A stretch of 64,000 nucleotides of DNA from Candidatus Pacearchaeota archaeon (GCA_017609405.1 JAFCDZ010000002.1:22593-86592), one strand, 5' to 3'. Shown: positions 1 through 10,726, counted from the stretch's first letter. Numbers and translations are program-made. Notes: generated by a model from the sequence alone, not told the origin.

Positions 1-2520
1 AGATTCTCCAAATGATTGAGCCGCAATTATTCCAACATCTTCGCCGGGAGTTATTTTTTTATTTTTATGCATCTCAGATACATCAATTCCATCACCACCG
101 TATTTGAATTGAATTATTATGTTATTGCTATCTCTTATAGTTTCATCATATTCTACTCTTAAGTCTTGTAGAGCACTAGCCAATCTTCTATACAAGTATC
201 CTGATTTTGGAGTTCTTAGTGCAGTATCCATTAATGAATCCCTACCAGTCATTGCACCAAAGAAGAATTCTATAGGATTTAATCCATCAATGAATGAATT
301 CCTTATGAAACCTCTTGCTTTTGGAGATAAATCTCCTTTTTTGAAGAAAGATAAACTTCTTCCAGTGTATCCAAAATCAATTCTTTTTCCATTTAATACC
401 TGTTGTCCTACACAAGCAGACATTTGTGTAATATGAAGGAGATTACCCTTTCCTCCAGATTTAATCATTTCTCCAACAGGATTATTTTCCGGGAATATAT
501 CTTTTAATACAGCTCCAGTTTTTGTTCTAACTTCATTTAATACTTGTATTATCTTTGTTTCACGAGATTCTTCAAGTGTTTTTCCAGGAAGTAGACTAAG
601 AGTTCCTTTATTATATTCTTCAATAATCTTTTCAACTTCCTCTTCTGCTGCTTTGATTATTTCTTCACTCTTTTCATCAGCTTTTTCACCAATATCAAAG
701 TCTTCTATTGATGCAGTTAATCCTCTTTGTGATAGATAATTTACTCCTAATGAAAATGCTTTTTTTATTGTTTCAATTGCTTTTTCTCTTCCTAAAATTA
801 TATCTATTTCCCTTACTAATTCTCCGTCTTCAACACCGAAAAGATTTTTGTCAAATTCACCAGAGATTAATTTTCCGTTTTTGATAACAACTTTATTGCC
901 TTTTTTCTCAAATTCGTAACTTAGTTCTTTTGGAAGTATCTCTGATATTATCTCTTTACCATCTACCTCTTTTTTTTGGAATTGTTTTGTAATTCCTATA
1001 TTATATAAAAGTTGTTCAGCTTCACTTTTACTTAACACACTTCTATTTAATAGATAGTTTCCAGTTGTTGCGTCTTGTATTGTTCCAATGAAATTTGTAT
1101 TGTTTTTAGGGGATAACATATTTGCTTTAATATCTAATAAAATCATAGCATCTGCTCTCGCTTCTTCAGTTTGTGGAACATGTATATTTGTTTCATCACC
1201 ATCATAGTCTGCTCCATAAGGGAATGCTGTTCCAGGGTGTATTCTAAATGTTCTTCCTGGAAGAACTTTTACTTTATGAGCCATTAAACTTCCCTTGTGA
1301 AGGCTTGGGTGTCTATTAAATAATACAACATCTCCATCAAGAAGGTGTCTTTCTACTTTATATCCTGGTTTAATTTCGTCTAAAATTTCTTGCTTTAATT
1401 CTTCAGTTATCTTTTTCTTTTTTCCATCAGGCCTAATGATATAATTTGCCCCAGGGTATTTGTTTGGACCATTTTCAATCATCTTTTTTAATCTTTCGAT
1501 ATTAAGGTCGTTTATTGTTTCAGCAAAAGTAACAATTTTTGCAATATCTTCTGGAACACCAACTTCATCAATGTTTATATTTGGATCAGGAGATAATACT
1601 GTTCTTGCAGAGTAATTAACTCTCTTTCCAGCAAGGTTTTTTCTTATTCTTCCCTCTTTACCCTTTATTCTTTCAGTTATTGTCTTTAATGGCTGTCCAC
1701 TTCTGTGCCTTGCAGGAGGAATTCCACTAATGTTGTTATCAAAGAATGTTGTAACATGAAATTGAAGCAATTCCCATAAATCATCAATTATTACTTCTGG
1801 AGCACCTGCATTTAGGTTCTCCCATAATCTTTGATTTGCTCTTATAATATCAGATAATTTATGTGTTAGATCATCTTCACTCATTTCACCACTCTCAAGA
1901 ATAATGCTCGGCCTTACTGTAACTGGTGGGACTAATAATGTTGTTAGAACAGCCCATTCTGGACGGGATGTCTCAGGGTTAATACCAATCTTTTTTAATT
2001 CTTCATCAGAGATTTTTTCTAATCTTTCCCTGATTTCAATAGGAGACATCTTTGTTTTTCCTTTATAAAAGGTAGTCGGCTTTTCAAACTTTATTTTTTC
2101 AACTTTTTCTCCACAATGAGGGCATACTTTTGCATCTTTTGCTTTTTTGATTCTTTGAGCAATAGAATATTCTTTTAATTTATCTTCAGATATTTTTAAT
2201 TTCCCACAGTGTTCGCAGAAACACCTTAGTCCAAGTTCAATTAAAGGAACATATTTAACATGTAAAACAGGTCGTGCTAAATCAATACTTCCTGGATGTC
2301 CTAAACATTCCTTTATCCTTCCACCGCAAGTTCTACATCTCACTCCTGGAGAAATCGCCCCCAATCTTAAATCCATTAACCCCCCAACAACAGGGTAACC
2401 ATCAATATCATAAAGTTCAGGAGTTACTATCTTTGCTACACTTAATTTTTTTATCTTTTCAGGACTAAACAAACTAAATCCAATACTTTTTATCTGTTTT
2501 CTGATTATTTGTTCATCCAT
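1..2520 (-). CDS. rpoA1: DNA-directed RNA polymerase subunit A' (Rpo1N); the 3' end runs off the window
   Basis: Absent from the ORF track because it is truncated. Manual reverse translation from the ATG at 2520-2518 gives MDEQIIRKQIKSIGFSLFSPEKIKKL... It has a zinc motif CRTCGG..CLGHPG and the catalytic loop FPYGADYDGDETNIHVPQ. It lies directly downstream of rpoH-rpoB, as in the archaeal operon. Confidence 0.93.
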   Translation of the reverse strand, partial: MDEQIIRKQIKSIGFSLFSPEKIKKLSVAKIVTPELYDIDGYPVVGGLMDLRLGAISPGVRCRTCGGRIKECLGHPGSIDLARPVLHVKYVPLIELGLRCFCEHCGKLKISEDKLKEYSIAQRIKKAKDAKVCPHCGEKVEKIKFEKPTTFYKGKTKMSPIEIRERLEKISDEELKKIGINPETSRPEWAVLTTLLVPPVTVRPSIILESGEMSEDDLTHKLSDIIRANQRLWENLNAGAPEVIIDDLWELLQFHVTTFFDNNISGIPPARHRSGQPLKTITERIKGKEGRIRKNLAGKRVNYSARTVLSPDPNINIDEVGVPEDIAKIVTFAETINDLNIERLKKMIENGPNKYPGANYIIRPDGKKKKITEELKQEILDEIKPGYKVERHLLDGDVVLFNRHPSLHKGSLMAHKVKVLPGRTFRIHPGTAFPYGADYDGDETNIHVPQTEEARADAMILLDIKANMLSPKNNTNFIGTIQDATTGNYLLNRSVLSKSEAEQLLYNIGITKQFQKKEVDGKEIISEILPKELSYEFEKKGNKVVIKNGKLISGEFDKNLFGVEDGELVREIDIILGREKAIETIKKAFSLGVNYLSQRGLTASIEDFDIGEKADEKSEEIIKAAEEEVEKIIEEYNKGTLSLLPGKTLEESRETKIIQVLNEVRTKTGAVLKDIFPENNPVGEMIKSGGKGNLLHITQMSACVGQQVLNGKRIDFGYTGRSLSFFKKGDLSPKARGFIRNSFIDGLNPIEFFFGAMTGRDSLMDTALRTPKSGYLYRRLASALQDLRVEYDETIRDSNNIIIQFKYGGDGIDVSEMHKNKKITPGEDVGIIAAQSFGES

Positions 2521-2521
2521 T

Positions 2522-5500
2522 TTAGTCCTCATCATATTTATTTTTTAATTCAAAAGTTGTATGTATATGAAGCCCTTGAAGTTCTTCTATCAATAGCTTG
2601 AATGCATAAGATACTTCTACAGGAGATACTTCTTCACTCTTACATATTGGACAATATTTTTTATGTTTTAGATGGTCTTCTATTGCTATTGCACCACATT
2701 TATCACAAACATGTATGACAACATTGTCTGAGCTATATCTTTCTTTTAGTAATAATGATGCTCCATGCGCGATTAATGCTTGCTGTTCCATTTCACCTAA
2801 TCTCAATGCACCTCCTCTTGCTCTTCCTTCAACCGGCTGTCTTGTTAATAGAGCAATCTTACCTGATGCCCTTCCATGTATTTTGTTCTTAACCATATAT
2901 TTAAGTTTTAAGTAATATATATTTCCAACAAATATTTTTATATCCATCTTCTTTCCTGTTATTCCATGATACATTGTTTCTTTTCCATCATATCTAAAGC
3001 CTATTTCTTCTAACATCTCTTCTAAATCTTCTTTTTTGACATGTGAGAAAGCAGTTCCATCAATAATTTGTCCAGTTAATGCAGCTACTTTTCCTGCAAT
3101 AGCATCTAATAAATAACCAGCAGTCATACGACTAGGGATACCATGAGGATTAAATAAAATATCTGGTTTAATTCCTTTTACTGTAAACGGTATATCTTGC
3201 TCAGGCATTAAGAAACCTATAACACCTTTCTGTCCATGAGGTGTAGCAAATTTGTCACCAATCTCAGGAACTCTTTGGTCTCTTGTTTTTACTTGAACAA
3301 TTTTATTACCTTCATCATCTACAGTTATAAATACACTATCAACAACACCCTCTTCTTCTTGTCTCATTGTCACACTTGATTCTTTCTTTGTTCTTATAGA
3401 GATTTCTCTTGATTCTGATAAGAACTTTGGAGGAGATTCTTTTCCAATTAATACCTCTCCTGGTTTTGCTTCTGATTCAGGAGATGCAATTCCATCTTCT
3501 TCTAATAATCTATAACTTTCTTCTGTTCTGTAACCTGTTACATCCTTATCAGGGATTTTTATTTCATCTTTTAATCCACCAGCATAATTCATTTCTACAG
3601 TATTGTATGGTCTAAAGAAGAAGCTTCTTCCAAGACCTCTATCTACGCTACCTTTATTCATAACAATAGCATCATCAATACTATAACCTTCTCCAGAAAC
3701 TATTGCGACAATTATATTCTGTCCAGCAGGATATATATTGAGGGAATCGTATACAAAACTTCTTACAATTGGTTTTTGAGGATACTCTAATATACCAACA
3801 TCAGTATCTAATCTACTATGATAATTTGCAGCATATAATCCAATTGATTGTTTCTGCGCTTTACTAACTCTTAATAATCTTGAGCTTTGGTCATGATTAC
3901 AAAAAGGAACAAGACTTGTTATCACACCCAATAAATCAATAGGGTCAATTTCAAGATGTGTGTGCTCAGGTGTTAATTCTTCAGGATATAATGCCACTAA
4001 TGCATTTTCTTCTTCAGAAGCATCAAGATATTCAATAACCCCTTCTTTTAGCAACCCATTCCAATCTAAAGAGCCTTCTTCAAGTTTTATCAAATGTTCT
4101 TCAGTTAGTTTTGGAACACCATTCTCTACAATTATTAAAGGTCTTAAAACTCTTCCTTCCCCTATTGAAATTCTTATAGTATCTAAATCAGAATTTTCAC
4201 TAATACTAATTTCATGAGGAATCTCTCCATTTCTTCTTTTTTCTCTGAACTCTTTCACAAATCCGCTCATATCATCTGTTGTTCCAACAAATACCCCATC
4301 AATAAACACATCACTTCCTTCAGAATAATCTTCTTCTTTTAATCCAATCTCTTTTAATATACTCAATAATTCCTCTTTTTCCATTTTGACTCTTGTAGAT
4401 ATTTTTCCGAGCAATGCAAGGTTTTTTCTTAGACCAATCTCAGTACCTTCAGGAGTCTCAATTGGACAGAATCTTCCATAGTGAGTGGGATGTAATGTTC
4501 TTGCCATAAAGTTTTCTTGCTCACTCGGAAGCATACTTGAAACCTTTTGAAGTTGCGAAATAACAGATAGCCTGTTTGTCTTGTCCATATTTTGAGTTAT
4601 ACCTTTTCTGTCTCCTATCCAGCTACCTGTTGCTATTGCAGATTCTATTTTACGAGAGAATAATGTTGATTTTGCAATTGTCTTTATAGAATATTGCTTA
4701 TTTCTCCTTGAAGCTTTTTGTAGAGAATATTTCATGTCTCTAACAAATGAACGAAGATTTACCCTGAATAAGTTTGTGAGAAGGTCTCCAGATAATCTTA
4801 TTCTCTTATTTGAGTAATGGTCTTTGTCAGTTCTTATCTCAGGATTTTCTTTTGCTTTCAAGAACTTCTTTATTAATTTACAGATTGTAACCGCTTTTTT
4901 CATTCTTACTTCTTTATCAACCCCTATATGTGGAAGTAAGTAAGAATCAATTCTTTCTTCAATTCTTCTCAATACTTCTTCTTCAGTCCCTTGAAGTTTT
5001 ACTTTGTCTGCAATTAATTTTAATGCTTCTTCTCTTGTTCCAATATGAGCAAATTCATAAAAATTAACAATTAAGCTATCTGATTCTTTTCCAATTAATT
5101 TTGATATCTCTGCTTCTTGTGTCATTCCAAGAGCTTTTAATATTACTATTGCAGGAATGTCCTTGAATCTTGTGAATGTTATATTTAGATTTCCTTTTTT
5201 ATCTTCAGATATTGTTACAGGAATTCTATAAGTTCCTCTTAATGAAAAAATTCTTAGTCTTAATTCATCATTGCTTCCTTCTATAAATGGTTGATTTTCT
5301 GCTAAATCTTCTGCAAGAACCATAACCCTCTCATTACCATTTATTATGAAATAACCTCCAGGGTCATTTGGGTCATCAAAGTATTCATTCATTATTTCTT
5401 CATTACTTAACCCATACAAATTACATGCCTTGCTTTTTACCATTACAGGTATCTTTCCAATTTCTACAACATCTGTTTCTATTTTATCATCTTTTTTTAT

Positions 5501-5794
5501 TGTTATTTCCAGCTTTATTGGTGCAGAATAAGTAAGATTTCTCAACCTTGCTTGGGTTGGGGTTAGGAGTGATTTTGAACCTTCTGCTTCAATGACAACA
5601 GGCTTTTCTACACTGATTTTTCCAAGAGTTATCTCAAAATCATCTTCTTCGTTTTGAATCTCTTTAGAAACCTCATCCACTATTTCTTGCATCCTTCTCT
5701 CTATAAAATCATTAAAAGATTTTATATTTGACTCTACAGGAGAGTGATTTTTTATATAATTCTTCACTAAGAGGTGTTTGTTGTCCTTTATCAT
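2522..5794 (-). CDS. rpoB: DNA-directed RNA polymerase subunit B (unsplit, 1090 aa)
   Basis: The ORF translation contains typical Rpo2 blocks (ATPHGQKGVIG, GEMEQQALIAHGA) and a C-terminal Cys4 ribbon (CDKCG..CPICK). Its stop lies 1 nt from the rpoA1 start. Confidence 0.97.
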   Translation of the reverse strand: MIKDNKHLLVKNYIKNHSPVESNIKSFNDFIERRMQEIVDEVSKEIQNEEDDFEITLGKISVEKPVVIEAEGSKSLLTPTQARLRNLTYSAPIKLEITIKKDDKIETDVVEIGKIPVMVKSKACNLYGLSNEEIMNEYFDDPNDPGGYFIINGNERVMVLAEDLAENQPFIEGSNDELRLRIFSLRGTYRIPVTISEDKKGNLNITFTRFKDIPAIVILKALGMTQEAEISKLIGKESDSLIVNFYEFAHIGTREEALKLIADKVKLQGTEEEVLRRIEERIDSYLLPHIGVDKEVRMKKAVTICKLIKKFLKAKENPEIRTDKDHYSNKRIRLSGDLLTNLFRVNLRSFVRDMKYSLQKASRRNKQYSIKTIAKSTLFSRKIESAIATGSWIGDRKGITQNMDKTNRLSVISQLQKVSSMLPSEQENFMARTLHPTHYGRFCPIETPEGTEIGLRKNLALLGKISTRVKMEKEELLSILKEIGLKEEDYSEGSDVFIDGVFVGTTDDMSGFVKEFREKRRNGEIPHEISISENSDLDTIRISIGEGRVLRPLIIVENGVPKLTEEHLIKLEEGSLDWNGLLKEGVIEYLDASEEENALVALYPEELTPEHTHLEIDPIDLLGVITSLVPFCNHDQSSRLLRVSKAQKQSIGLYAANYHSRLDTDVGILEYPQKPIVRSFVYDSLNIYPAGQNIIVAIVSGEGYSIDDAIVMNKGSVDRGLGRSFFFRPYNTVEMNYAGGLKDEIKIPDKDVTGYRTEESYRLLEEDGIASPESEAKPGEVLIGKESPPKFLSESREISIRTKKESSVTMRQEEEGVVDSVFITVDDEGNKIVQVKTRDQRVPEIGDKFATPHGQKGVIGFLMPEQDIPFTVKGIKPDILFNPHGIPSRMTAGYLLDAIAGKVAALTGQIIDGTAFSHVKKEDLEEMLEEIGFRYDGKETMYHGITGKKMDIKIFVGNIYYLKLKYMVKNKIHGRASGKIALLTRQPVEGRARGGALRLGEMEQQALIAHGASLLLKERYSSDNVVIHVCDKCGAIAIEDHLKHKKYCPICKSEEVSPVEVSYAFKLLIEELQGLHIHTTFELKNKYDED

Positions 5795-6003
5795 ACTACA
5801 ACTCTGTAATAAATTTCAATTTTATCTTTATTTTTTCTCTCAATTTTAATGATGTCTCCAACTTGACATCCTTCTGGGAGAGCAGGATCTGTTGATAATA
5901 TTTTTGGAAGCTGTGCTTTTGATATATTATATCTTTCAAGAAGTTCTTGGCTTTCTTTTTCGCTTAGTTTGGTGTGTTTGGGTTGTAGAACGTGCATTTT
6001 CAA
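5791..6003 (-). CDS. rpoH: RNA polymerase subunit H (Rpo5)
   Basis: 70 aa. It has the Rpb5 C-terminal-domain pattern (HVLQPKHTKLSE..LPKI..DP..GDIIKIER..YYRVV) and a 4-nt overlap with the rpoB start. Confidence 0.9.
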   Translation of the reverse strand: MKMHVLQPKHTKLSEKESQELLERYNISKAQLPKILSTDPALPEGCQVGDIIKIERKNKDKIEIYYRVVV

Positions 6004-6109
6004 TAGTTGCTAGGTAGTCTCAACACTTTGATTGGACTATAAAACAACTTATACAAGAATTACCAAAAATTGGTTTAAAAACCTTTTGGTTTTGGATTTA
6101 TCTGCTTAA

Positions 6110-7852
6110 TCATAAATCCCATGAATTATCTGAATTTTTCTTTATATTATATATCTCCTCGAGAATTTTTATCTCTTTTTGGCTTAATAAATCTTTATTT
6201 TCTATTGCTTTTTTATATTGGTCTTTTGTCATATCTGAATAAAGGTAGTTTTTATTTTTTAGCTGTCTCTCAAAGTTTACTCCCTTGACAGACATAGCTA
6301 CTTCCATACCCTCTACAGCCTCATCAATAGAAGAGTTTTCTGATTGTATGTTCTTTATTTTTCCTATTTTTTCACCCTCTCCATCAATTAAATATGAATT
6401 TGGCTTTAATTTTCCTGCTTCAACAGCCACGCCAAATATTGCTGGGTTGCTGTTTCTAAATACATATTTATGAAGTATCTTTATCTTGAAAATATCCGGC
6501 ATTCCTTCAAGCCTTCTTCTTTCAATCTCTCTTGCTTTTTCTTTCCTAAATTCAACTAAGTCTTCAATTAATTTATAAATAACATCATGGGTAATAACTT
6601 TTATTTTTTCATTTTTTGCAATTTCTTTTGCATCTTCTTCAAGTTTTACATTAAACCCTACAACAATTGCATTTAACTCATTTGTTTCCAAGCTTGCTTT
6701 TGCAGAAATTATGTCTTGTTTCTTTATATTTCCAATTCCAGCAGAAACAACGCTTATATTATTTTGTTTTAACAATAACAATAATGCTTCTAAACTTCCT
6801 AAAGAATCTGCTTTTGCAATTATTCCTTCTTTATCTAATTTAATATCTTTTTTCATCTCTCTCTTAAATTTCTCAGTTATCTCTTCTAAATTTCCATTAT
6901 AGATTTCAAAAGGCATTCCAGGAGGGATTTCTTCTTTTGTTATTAACTGCATTCTTATTCCTGTTGCTGCTCTGACCTTTTCTTTTGTTTTAAATTTAAA
7001 ACTTAATGGCTCAATTTCTTCAAGAATTCTTATTTTTGTGATTACAGGTTCTCCATCAAATTTTGAGATTGCAATTGTGTCTTTCAATGAAAGTTCTCCA
7101 TCATAAAGTATTGCTTCACAGTAATTGATTCCCTTTTCCTTTTTTATCTCAAGTACAACCCCTTTTGCCCCTTCACCAATTTTTAATTTTTCTTTTAAAT
7201 ATCTCTGGCTCAATCCACACAATACAAACAAGAGTTCTTCAATTCCAATTTTCATTTTTGCAGAAGTAGGGACCATTGCTATTTTCTTTGTAAAGTCATC
7301 TATTTTATAATATAAGTCAGCATTAAATCCATGGCTATTTAATGATCCAATTATTGTAAGGTATTTTTCATCAAACTCTTGTTTAACATTCATTGCTTGG
7401 GACTCAATTATTTTTTTCATGTTCGTTTCATTATCAGGGATTCTCCATCCAGAAATGTTATCTACTTTATTCAATGCAATTATAAAAGGAACTTTATTTG
7501 ATTTTAGTATTTGTATGACTTCCTCTGTTTGAGGTTTTATTCCTTCATTTATGTCAATAACCAATATTGCCAAGTCCGCAAGGCTTCCTCCCCTTTTTCT
7601 TAAATTAGTAAATGCAGCATGTCCTGGAGTATCAATAAACAAAAAACCAGGGATTTCTAAATTTATGTTATTCTTTTCAATAAGTGGGCAGGCTTTTTTT
7701 ATCTGCTCTAATGGATAAAGCGTGAATGATATCTTTTGAGTAATTCCTCCAGCCTCTTTTTCTTGAACAGAGCTTTCTCTAAAGCAATCTAATATTGATG
7801 TTTTTCCATGATCAACATGCCCTACGACTGTAACAATTGGCTGGCGAATCAT
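6110..7852 (-). CDS. infB: translation initiation factor aIF5B (IF2-type GTPase)
   Basis: Contains G1 GHVDHGKTS, G3 DTPGH and G4 NKVD, followed by the domain II-IV architecture. Length is 580 aa. Confidence 0.93.
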   Translation of the reverse strand: MIRQPIVTVVGHVDHGKTSILDCFRESSVQEKEAGGITQKISFTLYPLEQIKKACPLIEKNNINLEIPGFLFIDTPGHAAFTNLRKRGGSLADLAILVIDINEGIKPQTEEVIQILKSNKVPFIIALNKVDNISGWRIPDNETNMKKIIESQAMNVKQEFDEKYLTIIGSLNSHGFNADLYYKIDDFTKKIAMVPTSAKMKIGIEELLFVLCGLSQRYLKEKLKIGEGAKGVVLEIKKEKGINYCEAILYDGELSLKDTIAISKFDGEPVITKIRILEEIEPLSFKFKTKEKVRAATGIRMQLITKEEIPPGMPFEIYNGNLEEITEKFKREMKKDIKLDKEGIIAKADSLGSLEALLLLLKQNNISVVSAGIGNIKKQDIISAKASLETNELNAIVVGFNVKLEEDAKEIAKNEKIKVITHDVIYKLIEDLVEFRKEKAREIERRRLEGMPDIFKIKILHKYVFRNSNPAIFGVAVEAGKLKPNSYLIDGEGEKIGKIKNIQSENSSIDEAVEGMEVAMSVKGVNFERQLKNKNYLYSDMTKDQYKKAIENKDLLSQKEIKILEEIYNIKKNSDNSWDL

Positions 7853-8116
7853 AATAAATCCAATTACCCTTAATTTAAAAACCTGTTTATCAGATTCATT
7901 ATCTTTATTGAAAATATTTAGGTTTAATAAGATAAGGCCTTAGTAAGTGTTTAGCAAAATAAGATATCTTGCTTTACCTATTAATCAAAAACAGAAGCCT
8001 TGTTGAACCTAACGAAGAATATTACTAATTAATTTTTTTAATTCATATCATTTTAACTTTTTCAACAAATCCGACCTTATCAAAATCTTTAAAAATAATT
8101 TTAGAATATTAATTAA

Positions 8117-8773
8117 ATGAATGTTTGTTATTTTTTGGAGATTTATTCTTATATAGGTGTCTTTTTATTAACTCTTTTTGGAAATCTTGGGCTTCCTATT
8201 CCTGAGGAAGTAATTTTTATCACTGCGGGGTCTTTAGCAGCAGAAGGTTTTGTTTCATTTCTTGGAATTTTGTTTTTTTCCATGTTTTCTATTTTAATAA
8301 CTAATGATATGAGCTTTTTTATTGGGAAGTTCTTTGGAAGGCGACTATTCAAGCTCCTTTCAAGGGTAAAAACTTTTGAATTTTTTATATTTAAAACAGA
8401 AGAGCTTTTTGAGAAAAAAGGCAGGAAAGCTGTTTTTTTGTCAAGGTTCATATGGAATATAAGGAATTGGGTTCCTTTGATTGCAGGTGCTTCAAATATG
8501 AAATGGAGGGAATTCCAAAAATATGATTTTTTTGGGGTTTTAATCTATACACCAATCCTTGTGGGATTGGGATTTTTCTATTCTCACTCAATTAATGCAA
8601 TAGTTGGAAAGGTGCAAACAGTTAAGCAATTAATCTTTGTTATATTTATTTTATTTGTCTTGGTTTATATTTTTAGAAAAACATTAGTTTTCTTTTCTAA
8701 GACCCCCATAAGGCATTTAAATCCACAGATTATCTTAAAAAAATTAAAGGATTTGAAAAACAGGAGAAAATAA
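8117..8773 (+). CDS. DedA/VTT-domain membrane protein
   Basis: N-terminal FGNLGLPIPEEV motif, multiple hydrophobic helices, and the RFIWNIRNWVPLIAG block typical of the DedA family. Confidence 0.75.
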   Translation: MNVCYFLEIYSYIGVFLLTLFGNLGLPIPEEVIFITAGSLAAEGFVSFLGILFFSMFSILITNDMSFFIGKFFGRRLFKLLSRVKTFEFFIFKTEELFEKKGRKAVFLSRFIWNIRNWVPLIAGASNMKWREFQKYDFFGVLIYTPILVGLGFFYSHSINAIVGKVQTVKQLIFVIFILFVLVYIFRKTLVFFSKTPIRHLNPQIILKKLKDLKNRRK

Positions 8774-8775
8774 TT

Positions 8776-9813
8776 TTATGATAATTTCTTTTTATCTATG
8801 ATATCTCTAAGACCATCAATTCCTGAAGGATAAATAATTAGTTTTGGTCTCTTTTTTTCTATTTTTTTGATTATTTTCCATGTCAGAATTGAGTCCTCTA
8901 TTTTTGGGAAAACGCTTTTATTTCCTGAAAAGAAGTTTTCAAATACTGCGATATATGGATTTTTTTTAGTTTCAAGGTTTATTTTTTTATTATCAATTTT
9001 TATATAACTTATTTTTTTATTAAATGCTTTTCCTGTTTCAAAAATAATTTTTCTATTATCAGCTAAAAATTCTATGTAGACATAGGTTTCAGTTTTTGTT
9101 TTTTCCCCTAATTCTTTTTCATATTCTTTATATCGACCTTTCATAAATTTGAGGATCTTTACTTGCTTTATATTCTTTAATGAAGGCTCTAATTTAAACA
9201 GCATATTCAAAAAATGGCTCTGAACCATATCTTTCAAAGCACCAACAGAATCATAATAACTTATTCTTCCCTCTAGTTTAACTTTTTCTAATGATACTAT
9301 CTCTAATTTCTTGAAATCTTTTTTTCTTATTTTTAGAAATGGCTCTTTGAATAAATAGTGGTCTGAAAGAAATGTTTTATCATAGATTGAATATTTTTTT
9401 AGAATTTTTAATAATCTTTTAGCATGCCTTAGGTTTTTTCCAAAAGGTTTTTCAACAAGAATTCTAAGTTTGATTCCTTTTTTTGATAACTCTCCTAGTT
9501 CAATAAAAATTTTCTTTAGTAGGTTTGGAGGAAGTGCTATATAAAAATAATTTATTTCTCTTTTATCAAATAAATCAAAACAGGATTCACAGAAGTTATA
9601 GTTATTAAGAATTATCTTATGATAGTTTAACTTTTTTTTGAAACTTTTTTTACATTTGCCTGGCTGACAAACAAAATTTTGATAATCTTTTGAATTAAAA
9701 TCTCTTCTTCCTAAAGCAATTATTTCTACAGGTTCTTTTATTTGTTGAAGTGCAGAGATTATCTTTCGTCTTACTAAGTCTCCTGTTGAACCAAATATGA
9801 AAAGTTTTTTCAT
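8776..9813 (-). CDS. short glucose-6-phosphate dehydrogenase-like protein (345 aa)
   Basis: Carries the G6PD signatures FGSTGDLVRRKI (NADP-binding GxxGDLxxxK), VEKPFG and SDHYLFKE (compare the RIDHYLGKE active site). It is clearly shorter than canonical G6PD. Confidence 0.65.
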   Translation of the reverse strand: MKKLFIFGSTGDLVRRKIISALQQIKEPVEIIALGRRDFNSKDYQNFVCQPGKCKKSFKKKLNYHKIILNNYNFCESCFDLFDKREINYFYIALPPNLLKKIFIELGELSKKGIKLRILVEKPFGKNLRHAKRLLKILKKYSIYDKTFLSDHYLFKEPFLKIRKKDFKKLEIVSLEKVKLEGRISYYDSVGALKDMVQSHFLNMLFKLEPSLKNIKQVKILKFMKGRYKEYEKELGEKTKTETYVYIEFLADNRKIIFETGKAFNKKISYIKIDNKKINLETKKNPYIAVFENFFSGNKSVFPKIEDSILTWKIIKKIEKKRPKLIIYPSGIDGLRDIIDKKKLS

Positions 9814-9826
9814 TTTTTATATAGAA

Positions 9827-10726
9827 TCATTCACTCTTTTTTATCTCTTCATATGCTGATTGGGCAGCAATAGCTCCTTCACTGCATGCAGTTATTGCTT
9901 GTTTAAGAACATTATTTGTTGCATCTCCAGCAGCAAATACTCCCTTTATATTTGTTTTTTGCTCTTTGTTTGTGATTATATATCCATTTTCTGTTTCAAT
10001 TCCTAATTGTTTTGGTATTGCTTCATCAGGTTCAAAACCAATTTCAACGAAAACCCCATCTACTTTAATTTCCTTGCTATTATTTAATTTTATTTTTTCT
10101 ACTTTATCCTTTCCAATTATTTCCATTACTTCTGAATTAAATATAGGTGTTATTTTTTTACTTTCTTCAACTAATTTAATCCATGTTGGCTCTGCTCTGA
10201 AAAACTTTTCTCTTCTATAAATAATATAAACATTTGTAGCATATTCTTCTAAAAGTAGGGCAGCAGTTAGTGCAGCATTACTTCCTCCTACAACTGCCAC
10301 AATTTTATCCTTATAAAATGCTCCATCACAAGTAGCACAGTAGCTTACCCCTTTTCCCAAGAATTTGTCTTCACCAGGAACATTTAGTTTTCTTTTCTTT
10401 CTTCCAACTGCAAGGATTATTTTTTTTGCAGAATATTCTTCTGAATTTGTTTTTATAATAAAATTATCCTCTTTTTTTATTTCTTCTACTCTTTCTTGTT
10501 TAACTTCTACACCAAGGCTTTTTACTTGGTCTAACATTTTCATACTTAACTCAATACCAGTTATCTCTTTTTGAGAAGGAAAATTGCAAACTTTATGGGC
10601 CTCAGAAATTTCTCCACCAAGTAATTCACCAATAATTAATGTTTTAAGAAGATATCTTCCGCAGTAAATTCCTGCAGTTAAACCTGCTGGACCACTTCCA
10701 ATAATAATGACATCATATTCTTTCAT
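9827..10726 (-). CDS. trxB: thioredoxin-disulfide reductase
   Basis: FAD motif IIGSGPAG, redox-active CATCDG, NAD(P)H motif VVGGSNAA and C-terminal GVFAAGD. Confidence 0.92.
   Translation of the reverse strand: MKEYDVIIIGSGPAGLTAGIYCGRYLLKTLIIGELLGGEISEAHKVCNFPSQKEITGIELSMKMLDQVKSLGVEVKQERVEEIKKEDNFIIKTNSEEYSAKKIILAVGRKKRKLNVPGEDKFLGKGVSYCATCDGAFYKDKIVAVVGGSNAALTAALLLEEYATNVYIIYRREKFFRAEPTWIKLVEESKKITPIFNSEVMEIIGKDKVEKIKLNNSKEIKVDGVFVEIGFEPDEAIPKQLGIETENGYIITNKEQKTNIKGVFAAGDATNNVLKQAITACSEGAIAAQSAYEEIKKSE

Noticed and set aside
119-7310. Short plus-strand ORFs inside rpoA1, rpoB and infB (for example 119-436, 2274-2468, 2715-2915, 3409-3615, 3960-4217, 6285-6473, 6711-6902, 7125-7310)
   Set aside because: These are antisense shadow ORFs within confidently identified long genes, and their translations are low-complexity S/F/I/L-rich.
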